NCBI GenBank assembly: GCA_964437395.1
Contig: CAYTGW010000002.1
Location: 1 to 51,443 of the forward strand
DNA from: an uncultured Desulfocicer sp.
GTDB lineage: Bacteria; Desulfobacterota; Desulfobacteria; Desulfobacterales; SURF-7
Direction of reading: 5' to 3'
DNA: 51,443 bases
The translations under genes and the position numbers were made by a program. Each line of letters begins with the position of its first letter. Position 1 is the stretch's first letter. A model generated the notes under the pieces. That model was given only the letters and a program-made list of their open reading frames with translations, searched no databases and had not been told where the DNA came from. Of the stretch, positions 18,889-27,721 are shown in pieces.

Positions 18889-21429
18889 ATGATGTTTTTG
18901 AATTATTCAAAAACCAAACGGCTCTTGATCCTTATTTCAATGGGGTTGCTTTTTTTCGTGCAGCTCACCGCATGTTTCAGCCTTTGTTTTGCAGCCCCTC
19001 GTCAAAATGTTATCAATCAAATCCGACTTCATGATTCCCCGCAGAGGATGTACCTTAACCTTAATCAGAAATCTCTCTATAAAATCATTCAGGTTGAAAA
19101 AAATGAAATGATCATTGCCTTTAAAGATGTCGGCATCGCGGATAACATTATAAAAAAGGGTTCTACCTCCTCTTTTATTCAAAACATCCGAATTGAAAAA
19201 CTCCAAAATAATGTAACCATGCTCGTGATAAAAACCGCACCGGAATTAAAAAAAACAGATGCCGATTGGGATGGTTTGTCCAATACACTTATTGTGAATT
19301 TCTATTTCGAAAAACAGAAACATAAGAAAAGAAAACCTCTGAAAAAGAAGCCTGATGAGAAACATGCACTCTATAATAATCAATCTGATCCAGATAAACC
19401 GAAGGAAATCATTACGGCGTCTGCCTCCATAAAAAAAGAAATCATTGAGGAACCTACATCGATAAAAGAAGAAGTCAGACCGGATCCACCTTCAGATCTT
19501 AGTGGCGGCAGAATTGATGATATATTAATCGAGTTATCAACAGAAAGCTGTTTGGCAAAATCGGAATTCAAAAAAATTTTTGATGAATTGGCAAATGGCG
19601 ATTGGAAGTCAGCTGAGAATGCGTTAACCGGTTTCCTGAAAACAAACACTATCGAAACCTGTAAGGATCCAGCCTATTTTTTAAGGGCCTATTGTTTCTA
19701 CAAACAAACAGATTCCGATAAAGAAGAAGGCGTATTGGAATCCATTTCGATTTGTCAGGAAGCAGTCAATTATTTTCCAGATTCAAAATATCAACCCTAT
19801 GGAATGACAATTCTCGGAAAGCAATATCTCAAGTTAAACAGCATTGCAGAAGCAAAAGGTTATTTTAAAATTGTTTTGGACAAGTACCCGCAATACAAAG
19901 GCACGCCTGAAATCATTTTTGAACTCGGAATTCTTGATCAGAAAGCAAATTATTCCCGAAGTGCCATCGAACATTTTCAAAAAATTCTCTCAAAATACCC
20001 GAAAAGTGTTTTGGTTGCAGATGCAAATCTTGAACTGGGAAAAACTCTTTTCAAAATGAATAATTTTTCAAAGGCTATAGAACATCTCAACTTTATAATC
20101 AAGGAACACCCTCAAGTAATATATGATTCCTTCGAAGTACTGTTATATATCGGTAACAGTTATTATCATATGGGTAACTACAAGGAGGCCAGAAAAATAT
20201 TGGAAAAAGCATATAATCTTTTTCCGGAAATAGATTCAAGTCATATTGTACTGACCCGAATTGCAGATACACTGGCGGATGAAAACCAAAATGAAAAAGC
20301 AAAAAAATTGTATCAATTGGTGATCAATAAATATCCTGGATCAGATGGATTTGTGATCAGCTCCGTCCGACTTGCCAAATACCTTGCAACTAGAGAAGAA
20401 AAGGAAAAGATTTATAACCTCATTATTGAAAATTATCCGGAAAATCCGATGGCTAACCTGGCCAGGCTTCGAATTGCTGAAATCCAAAACAAGGCCGGTG
20501 AATATAAGCAATCCATTGAAACGATAAACGAGATCTTTCTGAATAATCCCCAGGCGCTAAAACAAGAGGCTCTTTTCCTGAAACAAAATTCTTTTGAATC
20601 CTTATTTAAATGGATGCTTGAAAAGGGGAACTATCCTGAAGTGCTGTCCATTTACGAAAAGGATAAACGATCTCTTGACACTTATGAAAATCCAAACCTC
20701 TTCTCCCTGGTTGGAGAATCTTACTTTCAAGGGCATCTATATGAAGGTGCAGCCAAGCTTCTCCTGGAAGCGGAAAATCAAACAAGAGACACAAAAAAAC
20801 CGGATAAATACACTTATATGCTGGGTATTGCGCTGCAAGAGTCCGGCAACACGGAAAAATCGTTAACGCATTTGAATCGATATATCAAGGAAAACCCCAA
20901 AAGCGAATTTACTTCCGATGCTTTTCGGAGGATTGCGAGAATTGAAAATCTAAAAAAGAACACTCAAAAGGCATCTCAATATTTACAAACCGCATTTGAT
21001 CGGAGCCAGAGTGAAATTGAGAAAGCAGACATTCTAATAGAACATTCGAACTTATATATGAAAAACAATCAATATAAGGAAAGCTCAACGGCACTGATAA
21101 AGGCAATCAACATTTTGTCTTCATCACCGAAAAGTGATAAGGCCATGATACTGGCAGCCTACAGAGAACTAGGGAAGTCGTATATGGTTCTAAATGAATT
21201 TCTCAAGGCTGCAGATGCCTTTGCCATGGCCCTCAAATTTACAGAAGCGGATGAAGATCAAATTGGTTTAAATTTTTTGTTAGGAGAGTCCTTTTCAAAA
21301 GGCAACCATCTGCAAGAAGCATCCAAGGCATATCAAAATGTTGTTTCTTCAGGTGACTCCTTTTGGAGCAAACTTGCGGCAGAAAAACTGAAAGGTCTGC
21401 AGCTCACCGAAAAAATAAAAAATACATGA
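18889..21429 (+). CDS. secreted AMIN-like + multi-TPR protein (846 aa)
   Basis: Signal peptide (..FSLCFA/AP). The N-terminal ~110 aa have an AMIN-like beta pattern, followed by a Lys-rich linker. The rest consists of TPR / YbgF-like repeats (recurrent ..A...F..(I/V)(I/L)..YP......A...LG..). Confidence 0.8.
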   Translation: MMFLNYSKTKRLLILISMGLLFFVQLTACFSLCFAAPRQNVINQIRLHDSPQRMYLNLNQKSLYKIIQVEKNEMIIAFKDVGIADNIIKKGSTSSFIQNIRIEKLQNNVTMLVIKTAPELKKTDADWDGLSNTLIVNFYFEKQKHKKRKPLKKKPDEKHALYNNQSDPDKPKEIITASASIKKEIIEEPTSIKEEVRPDPPSDLSGGRIDDILIELSTESCLAKSEFKKIFDELANGDWKSAENALTGFLKTNTIETCKDPAYFLRAYCFYKQTDSDKEEGVLESISICQEAVNYFPDSKYQPYGMTILGKQYLKLNSIAEAKGYFKIVLDKYPQYKGTPEIIFELGILDQKANYSRSAIEHFQKILSKYPKSVLVADANLELGKTLFKMNNFSKAIEHLNFIIKEHPQVIYDSFEVLLYIGNSYYHMGNYKEARKILEKAYNLFPEIDSSHIVLTRIADTLADENQNEKAKKLYQLVINKYPGSDGFVISSVRLAKYLATREEKEKIYNLIIENYPENPMANLARLRIAEIQNKAGEYKQSIETINEIFLNNPQALKQEALFLKQNSFESLFKWMLEKGNYPEVLSIYEKDKRSLDTYENPNLFSLVGESYFQGHLYEGAAKLLLEAENQTRDTKKPDKYTYMLGIALQESGNTEKSLTHLNRYIKENPKSEFTSDAFRRIARIENLKKNTQKASQYLQTAFDRSQSEIEKADILIEHSNLYMKNNQYKESSTALIKAINILSSSPKSDKAMILAAYRELGKSYMVLNEFLKAADAFAMALKFTEADEDQIGLNFLLGESFSKGNHLQEASKAYQNVVSSGDSFWSKLAAEKLKGLQLTEKIKNT

Positions 21430-22796
21430 ATAATCCGAAAATTCTCATCATTGAAAAAAATATCCGGGAACGTACCCTTTTTTCCAGTCTATTGGAAAAT
21501 TGGGGATATTATGTCACTACTTCCCATGACGGAGAAGATGCGCTGGAAAAAATTCATTCCGAGGAATTTCATCTGGTTATTTCTGATTTTATGTTACCAG
21601 GAGGCTCAAATGGTGTAGATCTGATTCAAAGTATCCTTTCTGTAAGTGATAAAACCCACATTCTATTCATTTCTTTAGAAAGCTCCGTAAAAAATGATGT
21701 GGATGCCATGAAAGCCGGAGCCATCGACTATCTAGTAAAACCCGTTGACGAAGCTCAAATCCAACACATTCTTGAAAAGAATCTGCATGACCACCCAACA
21801 GAGAACAATTCACCATACCGGAAACAAAATGGTAAAGTAACGATTGTCACCAAAAATAAAACCATTATGCAGTTGCTCGATTTATCAAAGCAGGTTGCGA
21901 AAAGTACAGCCTCTGTATTCATTCAGGGAGAAAGCGGAACAGGAAAAGAACTATTTGCACGTTTTATTCATGACTGTAGTAATCGGGAAAAAGGACCCTT
22001 TGTGGCCGTAAACTGCGCCGCTCTTCCTGAGTCACTCCTTGAGAGTGAATTGTTTGGACATGAAAAAGGTTCATTCACCGGTGCAGTATCTCAAAAACCA
22101 GGCAAGTTTGAATTAGCAGATAACGGTACGATACTGCTGGATGAAATAACAGAAATGCAGCTCCACCTCCAGTCCAAACTTTTACGAATCATTCAGGAGC
22201 ATGAGGTGGACAGGGTTGGTGGACTGAAACCAGTAAAAATTGATGTCCGCATCATCGCAACCAGCAATCGAAACATTACCCAGTCGATCAAAGAGGGAAA
22301 ATTCAGAGAAGATCTTTATTTTCGGTTGAATACAATTCCTCTCACCATTCCGCCACTAAGAAAAAGGCCGGAAGATATTGAGCCACTCGCATTATTTTTC
22401 ATTCTTAAATATAACCGAGTCGACGGACGAAATGTCAAAACTTTGACTAAATCTGCTCTGAATACTCTACAAAATCTGAAGCTTAACGGAAACGTCAGAG
22501 AACTGGAAAATATTATTCAGCGAGCGGTATTGCTTTCAGACAATGAGACCATTCAGGAAAAGGATCTTTTTCTTGAAAACCATGATCCGACTTTCCCGGA
22601 CAACCCTCAAAACACTGAAGAACCAGCTGCCAACAGGATTGCCGTACCCTTGAAAGATGTTGAAAAAAAGATGATATTCCAAACGCTTGACCAAACCAAG
22701 GGCAATCGAACACATGCTGCAAAAATACTGGGCATCAGCGTTCGAACACTCAGAAACAAATTAAATGAATACCGGGAAATAATGGAAGTCCTGTAA
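21426..22796 (+). CDS. sigma54-dependent response regulator (NtrC family, FlrC/FleR/FlgR-like)
   Basis: REC (VISDFMLPG, YLVKP), AAA+ ([22 protein letters not shown]) and a Fis-type HTH. ATG 21426 overlaps the stop of the TPR gene (ATGA). Confidence 0.9.
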   Translation: MNNPKILIIEKNIRERTLFSSLLENWGYYVTTSHDGEDALEKIHSEEFHLVISDFMLPGGSNGVDLIQSILSVSDKTHILFISLESSVKNDVDAMKAGAIDYLVKPVDEAQIQHILEKNLHDHPTENNSPYRKQNGKVTIVTKNKTIMQLLDLSKQVAKSTASVFIQGESGTGKELFARFIHDCSNREKGPFVAVNCAALPESLLESELFGHEKGSFTGAVSQKPGKFELADNGTILLDEITEMQLHLQSKLLRIIQEHEVDRVGGLKPVKIDVRIIATSNRNITQSIKEGKFREDLYFRLNTIPLTIPPLRKRPEDIEPLALFFILKYNRVDGRNVKTLTKSALNTLQNLKLNGNVRELENIIQRAVLLSDNETIQEKDLFLENHDPTFPDNPQNTEEPAANRIAVPLKDVEKKMIFQTLDQTKGNRTHAAKILGISVRTLRNKLNEYREIMEVL

Positions 22797-22813
22797 CCGG
22801 CACACTATTTGCT
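22797..22813 (+). promoter_or_regulatory. sigma54 promoter (-24/-12) for the flgB operon
   Basis: CGGCAC-actat-TTGCT with GG-N10-GC spacing. The core GGCACACTNTTTGCT is almost identical to the 18748 promoter. It lies 153 nt upstream of the flgB ATG. Confidence 0.7.
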
Positions 22814-22871
22814 TTTTATTAAACTCGAGATGGATGAAACCGTAAAACATCTCAATTCTGTTTTTCTGAAA

Positions 22872-22905
22872 TAACCGGATTCCTGCATTCGCCGGAATGA
22901 CAAAA
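22872..22905. repeat. short hairpin element in the flgB leader (GGAATGAC-type interspersed-repeat look-alike)
   Basis: CCGGATTCCTGCATTCGCCGGAATGACA. CATTC/GAATG and ATTCC/GGAAT can pair. By eye it resembles the small palindromic elements dispersed in many proteobacterial genomes. Copy number cannot be measured here. Confidence 0.3.
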
Positions 22906-22964
22906 CCGTTTACCATAAACTTTTGACTATCAAGATTGATTGCTTTTCACATCAGGAGATGGCT

Positions 22965-23372
22965 ATGAATACAATATATCCTTTTGATCGAACGTATGAA
23001 CTGCTGGGAAAATCACTCGATATTTCGGCAAGAAGGCACAGCCTGATTACAGGTAACCTCGCCAACATGGATACCTTGGGATATCAACCCAAGGACTTGG
23101 ATTTTAAACAAACCCTCCAAACTGCAATGAAAAAGGGAAGTGGGAAGCTTCACGGGACTCACCCCAGTCATATGAAACATCGATCGGAAAAAATGATCTA
23201 TCAAGGAGAAACCCGAATCAATAGTGCTGATTCACATAATCCGGATTCCGTGAATATCGATACGGAAATGACAAATCTGATTTCAAACAACGGAATGTAT
23301 AAAACCAGTGTGGAAATGCTCTTACGGAAAATTGCGATTCTCCGGCAATCCATTACCGAAGGAGGTAGTTAA
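22965..23372 (+). CDS. flgB: flagellar basal-body rod protein FlgB
   Basis: NLANMDTLGYQPKDLDF motif, 135 aa. AGGAG lies 6 nt before ATG 22965. The ORF-track start at 22923 is unlikely. Confidence 0.9.
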   Translation: MNTIYPFDRTYELLGKSLDISARRHSLITGNLANMDTLGYQPKDLDFKQTLQTAMKKGSGKLHGTHPSHMKHRSEKMIYQGETRINSADSHNPDSVNIDTEMTNLISNNGMYKTSVEMLLRKIAILRQSITEGGS

Positions 23373-23806
23373 TGGACCTTTTACAGGCATTGAAAATCAG
23401 TTCTTCCGGACTAACAGCTCAACGGACAAAATTAAATATCATTTCAGAAAATCTTGCAAATTCAGAAACCACCCGAACCAAAGAAGGAGGGCCTTATAAG
23501 CGCCAGATGGTTGTTTTTAAAGCAAAACAAATACCATCTTTTCAGAACGAACTCGACAATAGGAAAAAAAAGTATGACGGTGTTCAGGTTTCGGAAATCG
23601 TAACCTCATCAGAAAATTTTAGAATGGTATACAAACCATCTCATCCCGATGCAGACCCGATAACAGGCTACGTTGCCATGCCGAATGTGGATCATCTGAC
23701 GGAGATGACCGATATGATGGTTGCCAGAAGAGCATATGAGGCGAATGTAACTGCAATTGAAAACACCAGAAGCCTGATCAACAAAGCTCTGGAGATTGGA
23801 AAATAA
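23372..23806 (+). CDS. flgC: flagellar basal-body rod protein FlgC
   Basis: ISSSGLTAQRTKLNIISENLANSETT N-terminus and C-terminal ARRAYEANV. 144 aa. Confidence 0.93.
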   Translation: MDLLQALKISSSGLTAQRTKLNIISENLANSETTRTKEGGPYKRQMVVFKAKQIPSFQNELDNRKKKYDGVQVSEIVTSSENFRMVYKPSHPDADPITGYVAMPNVDHLTEMTDMMVARRAYEANVTAIENTRSLINKALEIGK

Positions 23807-23809
23807 ACC

Positions 23810-24103
23810 ATGGATAAAATCAATATTCAAAGCATGGGCGAAATCACCCGAAACGAGCCAAAACAAAAGACTGCGACATCGCATGAAAATGGCTTTGCGG
23901 AAAAATTAAAAACCTCGATTATGGAGGTCAATCAACGCCAGCAGAATGCCAATCAGGCGATCGAAAAAGTTGTAAATGGGGAGATGGATATTCATGAGGG
24001 AATGCTCAAGATTCAGGAGGCAGATATCTCCATGCGAATGCTTCTTCAAGTCAGACGTAAAGTAATGGATGCATACACAGAAATAATGCGAATGCAGTTT
24101 TAA
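23810..24103 (+). CDS. fliE: flagellar hook-basal body complex protein FliE
   Basis: 97 aa. FAEKLK..V...Q..A and a C-terminal LQVRRKVMDAYTEIMRMQF, as in FliE. Confidence 0.9.
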   Translation: MDKINIQSMGEITRNEPKQKTATSHENGFAEKLKTSIMEVNQRQQNANQAIEKVVNGEMDIHEGMLKIQEADISMRMLLQVRRKVMDAYTEIMRMQF

Positions 24104-24253
24104 AACGTTTCAGATCTCTTAATCCTGTGCGGATATCATAAATCCAAGTCTGACCCTTAAACATGAACTCCTGTAAAATAGGCAAGGAAGTAACCTTGTT
24201 GCTGATAATCAAAATTCTGTAATAAATTATTATCAAAAAAAAGGGTGCTGAAC

Positions 24254-25870
24254 ATGGCAGATAAAGAAAATCAGCTAAGCGTAGCAAAAAAAGCAGATAG
24301 CCCTGTTGTCAATCAAATCATTCAAATATACAGCAGCATGCCTCTGTCACGTAAAATGGTAATAGGAGCTGTCGTATGCATGGTGATTCTGGGCTTTGCC
24401 GGTATGTTTTTCTGGGCCAATAAAATCGATTATCAGACTTTGTATACCGGTCTTTCATCAGAAGATGCAGCCGCCATTGTTGAAAAGCTGAAAGAACTGA
24501 AAATAAAATATGAACTGGCCGGCAGTGGAAGCGTTGTGCGTGTTCCTGCTGAAAAACTGTATGATGTCCGATTGTCACTTGCTGCTGTTGGACTTCCGAA
24601 AGGAGGAAATGTCGGATATGAACTGTTTGATGAAACCGATTTTGGAACTACCGAATTTGTTCAACAGTTGAACTATAAAAGGGCACTACAGGGAGAATTG
24701 TCCAGGACCATCAAGGAGTTCAGAGAAGTTGAAGATGCAAGGGTGATGATTGTTACACCAAAGGAGTCGGTTTTTGTGGAAGATTCCAAGCCACCTTCCG
24801 CTTCTGTGCTGTTAAAACTGAAATCAGAACTGTCACAAGAAAAAATAAGTGCTGTTGTCCATTTGGTTGCCAGTTCTTTAGAAGACATGACTCCTGAACT
24901 TGTGACCGTTGTAGATACAAAGGGAAGGGTTCTTTCCAGAAAAACTTCAGAAAGTGAAAAACTCGGGGAAGTAACGACCACTCAGTTCAAATATAAAAAT
25001 GCTTTTGAACTCAACCTTGCAAAACAGATCCAAACCATGTTGGAGCAGATCGTCGGCAGCGGGAAAGCAATTGTCCGGGTTACTGCGGATATGGACTTTG
25101 ACCAGGTAGATATGAATGAAGAGCAGTATGATCCGGACGTCAGTGTGGTACGAAGCAGACAAAACATTGTTGAAACAGTAAACAAATCAGAGGGGCCAGG
25201 TGAGATTTCCAGCGTAAATCCGGTTGTTCCTCCAGGCGGAGGTCCGAGCAGCACTCAAACCAACGAAAAAAATGAAAAACAGGATGAAACCGTAAACTAT
25301 GAATTAAATCGAACCATACGCAAAACCACAAAACCGGTGGGCATGCTGAAGCGCCTTTCGGTGGCCACTGTTCTGGATGGAACATATACCATGGAAGCCG
25401 ACCAAACCGGTAAAACCATTCGAAAATATAATGCAAGAAGTGATGAAGAACTGACCCAGTTTCGGAAAATTGTGCAAAATGCCATGGGATATAGCGAAGA
25501 TCGAGAAGATCAAATCACTGTTGAATCATTTCCGTTTGATCATGTTGAAGATTTTGAACAGGAGGGATTTGACTGGCAATCACTTTTTCGGCAATATGGC
25601 AGATCCATTACCAATATTCTTCTCGTATTTCTTCTGTTCCTGTTTGTTGTCTTACCTTTGCTGAAAACCATGAGAGAAATTAAAGTCAAGGTTGTCGAGG
25701 CGCTGCCATCACCAGAGGAACGAAAAGCGCTTTCTGGAAAAGATCATGAAGCAGGAGCGTTGACAGATCCATCCAAAATGGATTCAAAAGATAAATCAGC
25801 CTACCTCGCAAAGGATAATACAGGAAAAGCGGTTAATATTTTAAGGGGTTGGCTTTCTGAGGCTAAATAA
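24254..25870 (+). CDS. fliF: flagellar M-ring protein FliF
   Basis: N-terminal TM, LYTGLSSEDAAAIVEKL, RALQGELSRTI, a second TM near the C-terminus, and position before fliG. The ORF track starts at GTG 24245. Confidence 0.93.
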   Translation: MADKENQLSVAKKADSPVVNQIIQIYSSMPLSRKMVIGAVVCMVILGFAGMFFWANKIDYQTLYTGLSSEDAAAIVEKLKELKIKYELAGSGSVVRVPAEKLYDVRLSLAAVGLPKGGNVGYELFDETDFGTTEFVQQLNYKRALQGELSRTIKEFREVEDARVMIVTPKESVFVEDSKPPSASVLLKLKSELSQEKISAVVHLVASSLEDMTPELVTVVDTKGRVLSRKTSESEKLGEVTTTQFKYKNAFELNLAKQIQTMLEQIVGSGKAIVRVTADMDFDQVDMNEEQYDPDVSVVRSRQNIVETVNKSEGPGEISSVNPVVPPGGGPSSTQTNEKNEKQDETVNYELNRTIRKTTKPVGMLKRLSVATVLDGTYTMEADQTGKTIRKYNARSDEELTQFRKIVQNAMGYSEDREDQITVESFPFDHVEDFEQEGFDWQSLFRQYGRSITNILLVFLLFLFVVLPLLKTMREIKVKVVEALPSPEERKALSGKDHEAGALTDPSKMDSKDKSAYLAKDNTGKAVNILRGWLSEAK

Positions 25871-26889
25871 TGGCAAAATCCAAACTTGATCCGCAAAAGC
25901 TCACCGGGACGCAGAAATCAGCTATTTTTCTTCTATATATGGGGGAAAAATTTACATCTGAGGTATTCAAACAGATGGAAAACGAAGAGATTACGAAAAT
26001 CGCTTCCGCCATGTCTGAAATAGATGAGATCCTCCCGGAAATACTTCATGCGGTTACAGAAGATTTTGTTAAAATCTATGAAGACACTAACCGGTTGATA
26101 GTTGGTGGTGACAGCTTTCTGAAGAATGTTATCGGCAAATCACTTTCAGCAGAAAGTGCAAAAAAAATTTTCAGGGAAGTGGAAGATAGCAAACGGGAAC
26201 AGCCGTTTATATGGAGCCATGATATCAATGCTGCTACACTTACCGGATACTTGAAAAGTGAGCATCCACAAACCATTGCAATGATCCTTGCAAATCTTCC
26301 ACCGGAAATTTCCGCTGAAGTTATGGTAGGACTTCCGGAGGAAAAAAAGGGGGACTTGGCAATACGGATTGCACAACTCGGACAGGTTCCGGAAGAGGTG
26401 ATAAGAGATGTAGATGAAGCTTTAAAAAGAGAGCTCAGCTCCATCGGCAAAGGTGGAGGAAGAGGTGGTGGTATCCAGGTTCTGGTTGATATTCTCAGTA
26501 ATGTGGATAAAGCAACAGAAGATATCATAATGGAAAATCTAGAAGAAGAACATGCTGAAATGGCCAGTGAAATCCGGCAACTCATGTTCATCTTCGAGGA
26601 TCTGAAAAGTGTTGATGACAGAGGTATGCGAGAAATTCTTAAAAAAGTTGAAAGCTCTCAACTTACCCTCGCTCTTAAAACAGCCAGTGAAGAAATGAAA
26701 AATAAAATTCTCTCTAACCTGTCGTCGCGGGCTTCAGAAATGCTTCTTGAGGATTTAGAAGTCATGGGACCGGTTAAGCTGTCTGATGTTGAAGCAGCAC
26801 AGCAGGAAATTGTTAATGCAGCCAAAGAATTAGAAGCCGATGGCACAATCTCGCTTGGCGGAAAGGGTGCAGGTGAAGTACTTGTCTAA
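25870..26889 (+). CDS. fliG: flagellar motor switch protein FliG
   Basis: LTGTQKSAIFLLYMGE, the EHPQTIA motif, MFIFEDL, and the C-terminal torque helix region. 339 aa. Confidence 0.95.
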   Translation: MAKSKLDPQKLTGTQKSAIFLLYMGEKFTSEVFKQMENEEITKIASAMSEIDEILPEILHAVTEDFVKIYEDTNRLIVGGDSFLKNVIGKSLSAESAKKIFREVEDSKREQPFIWSHDINAATLTGYLKSEHPQTIAMILANLPPEISAEVMVGLPEEKKGDLAIRIAQLGQVPEEVIRDVDEALKRELSSIGKGGGRGGGIQVLVDILSNVDKATEDIIMENLEEEHAEMASEIRQLMFIFEDLKSVDDRGMREILKKVESSQLTLALKTASEEMKNKILSNLSSRASEMLLEDLEVMGPVKLSDVEAAQQEIVNAAKELEADGTISLGGKGAGEVLV

Positions 26890-27712
26890 GAAATCCATCA
26901 ATGAAATCAATAATAATCCACTGGAGTGGCAACCGATGATTCCTGAGCAGGGGCGTTCTTACCGGATTGCGATGTCCAAAAGTCAAAACCCCAAAATCCT
27001 GAATGAACAACCGATTTTTAAACCTCTGTATGAGGGAAGCGACCCAAAAGGGCCAAATGACAATTTTGAACTGATTTACAAAGTAAACAAACAATCTGTA
27101 TCCTCTTCCCGATCAGAACCGAACCTGCCAGGTGATGCAAGTAGGGAAACAGGGTCAAATACTTTGGAAGCCACCCAACAGAACAAGTTGGAACAAATAC
27201 AAAAGGAAGCCCATGAGAAAGGTTTTTCTCTTGGAAAAAAAGAAGGATATGAGGCAGGAATACAGGAAGCCAGGCAGATCGTTGAAAACCTCGTCCAGAT
27301 TATGGTTTCCATTGAAGATCTGTGGCATCGCATGGTTGTGCAAAATGAAAATGATATTATCGAACTCGTGAAGCGCATTTCTGAAAAAGTGATTTATGGG
27401 AATGCTCAAATTGACAACGAAATTGTAAAAAAAGCGATTCTGAAATCCTTTGAACTGATACCTGAACCCACTGAAGCAACCATCAACGTATGTGTAGAAG
27501 ACTATGATTTTATCGAAACCGCCAAGGAAGATCTATTTGAAAAGATAAAGTCTTTAAAAAGGATATCGATTGTATCAGATCCCTCTTTAACCAGAGGCGG
27601 ATGCCGAATTGAAACAACAGTCGGAGAAGTCGATTCGGATATTCAGAGCCGCCTTGATGCCATATCCAAAAGTATTATCGATGCAGCCAGCGAAATGGCT
27701 GACGATCAATAG
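26840..27712 (+). CDS. fliH: flagellar assembly protein FliH
   Basis: Central EAHEKGFSLGKKEGYEAGIQEA FliH/YscL-type motif, located between fliG and fliI. The start is uncertain. ATG 26840 overlaps fliG by 50 nt. GTG 26873 with the upstream GAAAGGG is an alternative. Confidence 0.75.
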   Translation: MAQSRLAERVQVKYLSKKSINEINNNPLEWQPMIPEQGRSYRIAMSKSQNPKILNEQPIFKPLYEGSDPKGPNDNFELIYKVNKQSVSSSRSEPNLPGDASRETGSNTLEATQQNKLEQIQKEAHEKGFSLGKKEGYEAGIQEARQIVENLVQIMVSIEDLWHRMVVQNENDIIELVKRISEKVIYGNAQIDNEIVKKAILKSFELIPEPTEATINVCVEDYDFIETAKEDLFEKIKSLKRISIVSDPSLTRGGCRIETTVGEVDSDIQSRLDAISKSIIDAASEMADDQ

Positions 27713-27721
27713 GAGTCTTTT

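Noticed and set aside
24180-24225. GCTGATAA (sigma28 -10-like) in the 150-nt fliE-fliF gap
   Set aside because: The nearest TAAA lies 23 nt upstream instead of the ~15 nt required, and no GG-N10-GC element is present either. No promoter call could be supported.
26076-26591. 171-aa minus-strand ORF
   Set aside because: It is antisense to fliG. The Ser/Pro/Ile-rich translation has no motifs, so it is a shadow ORF.
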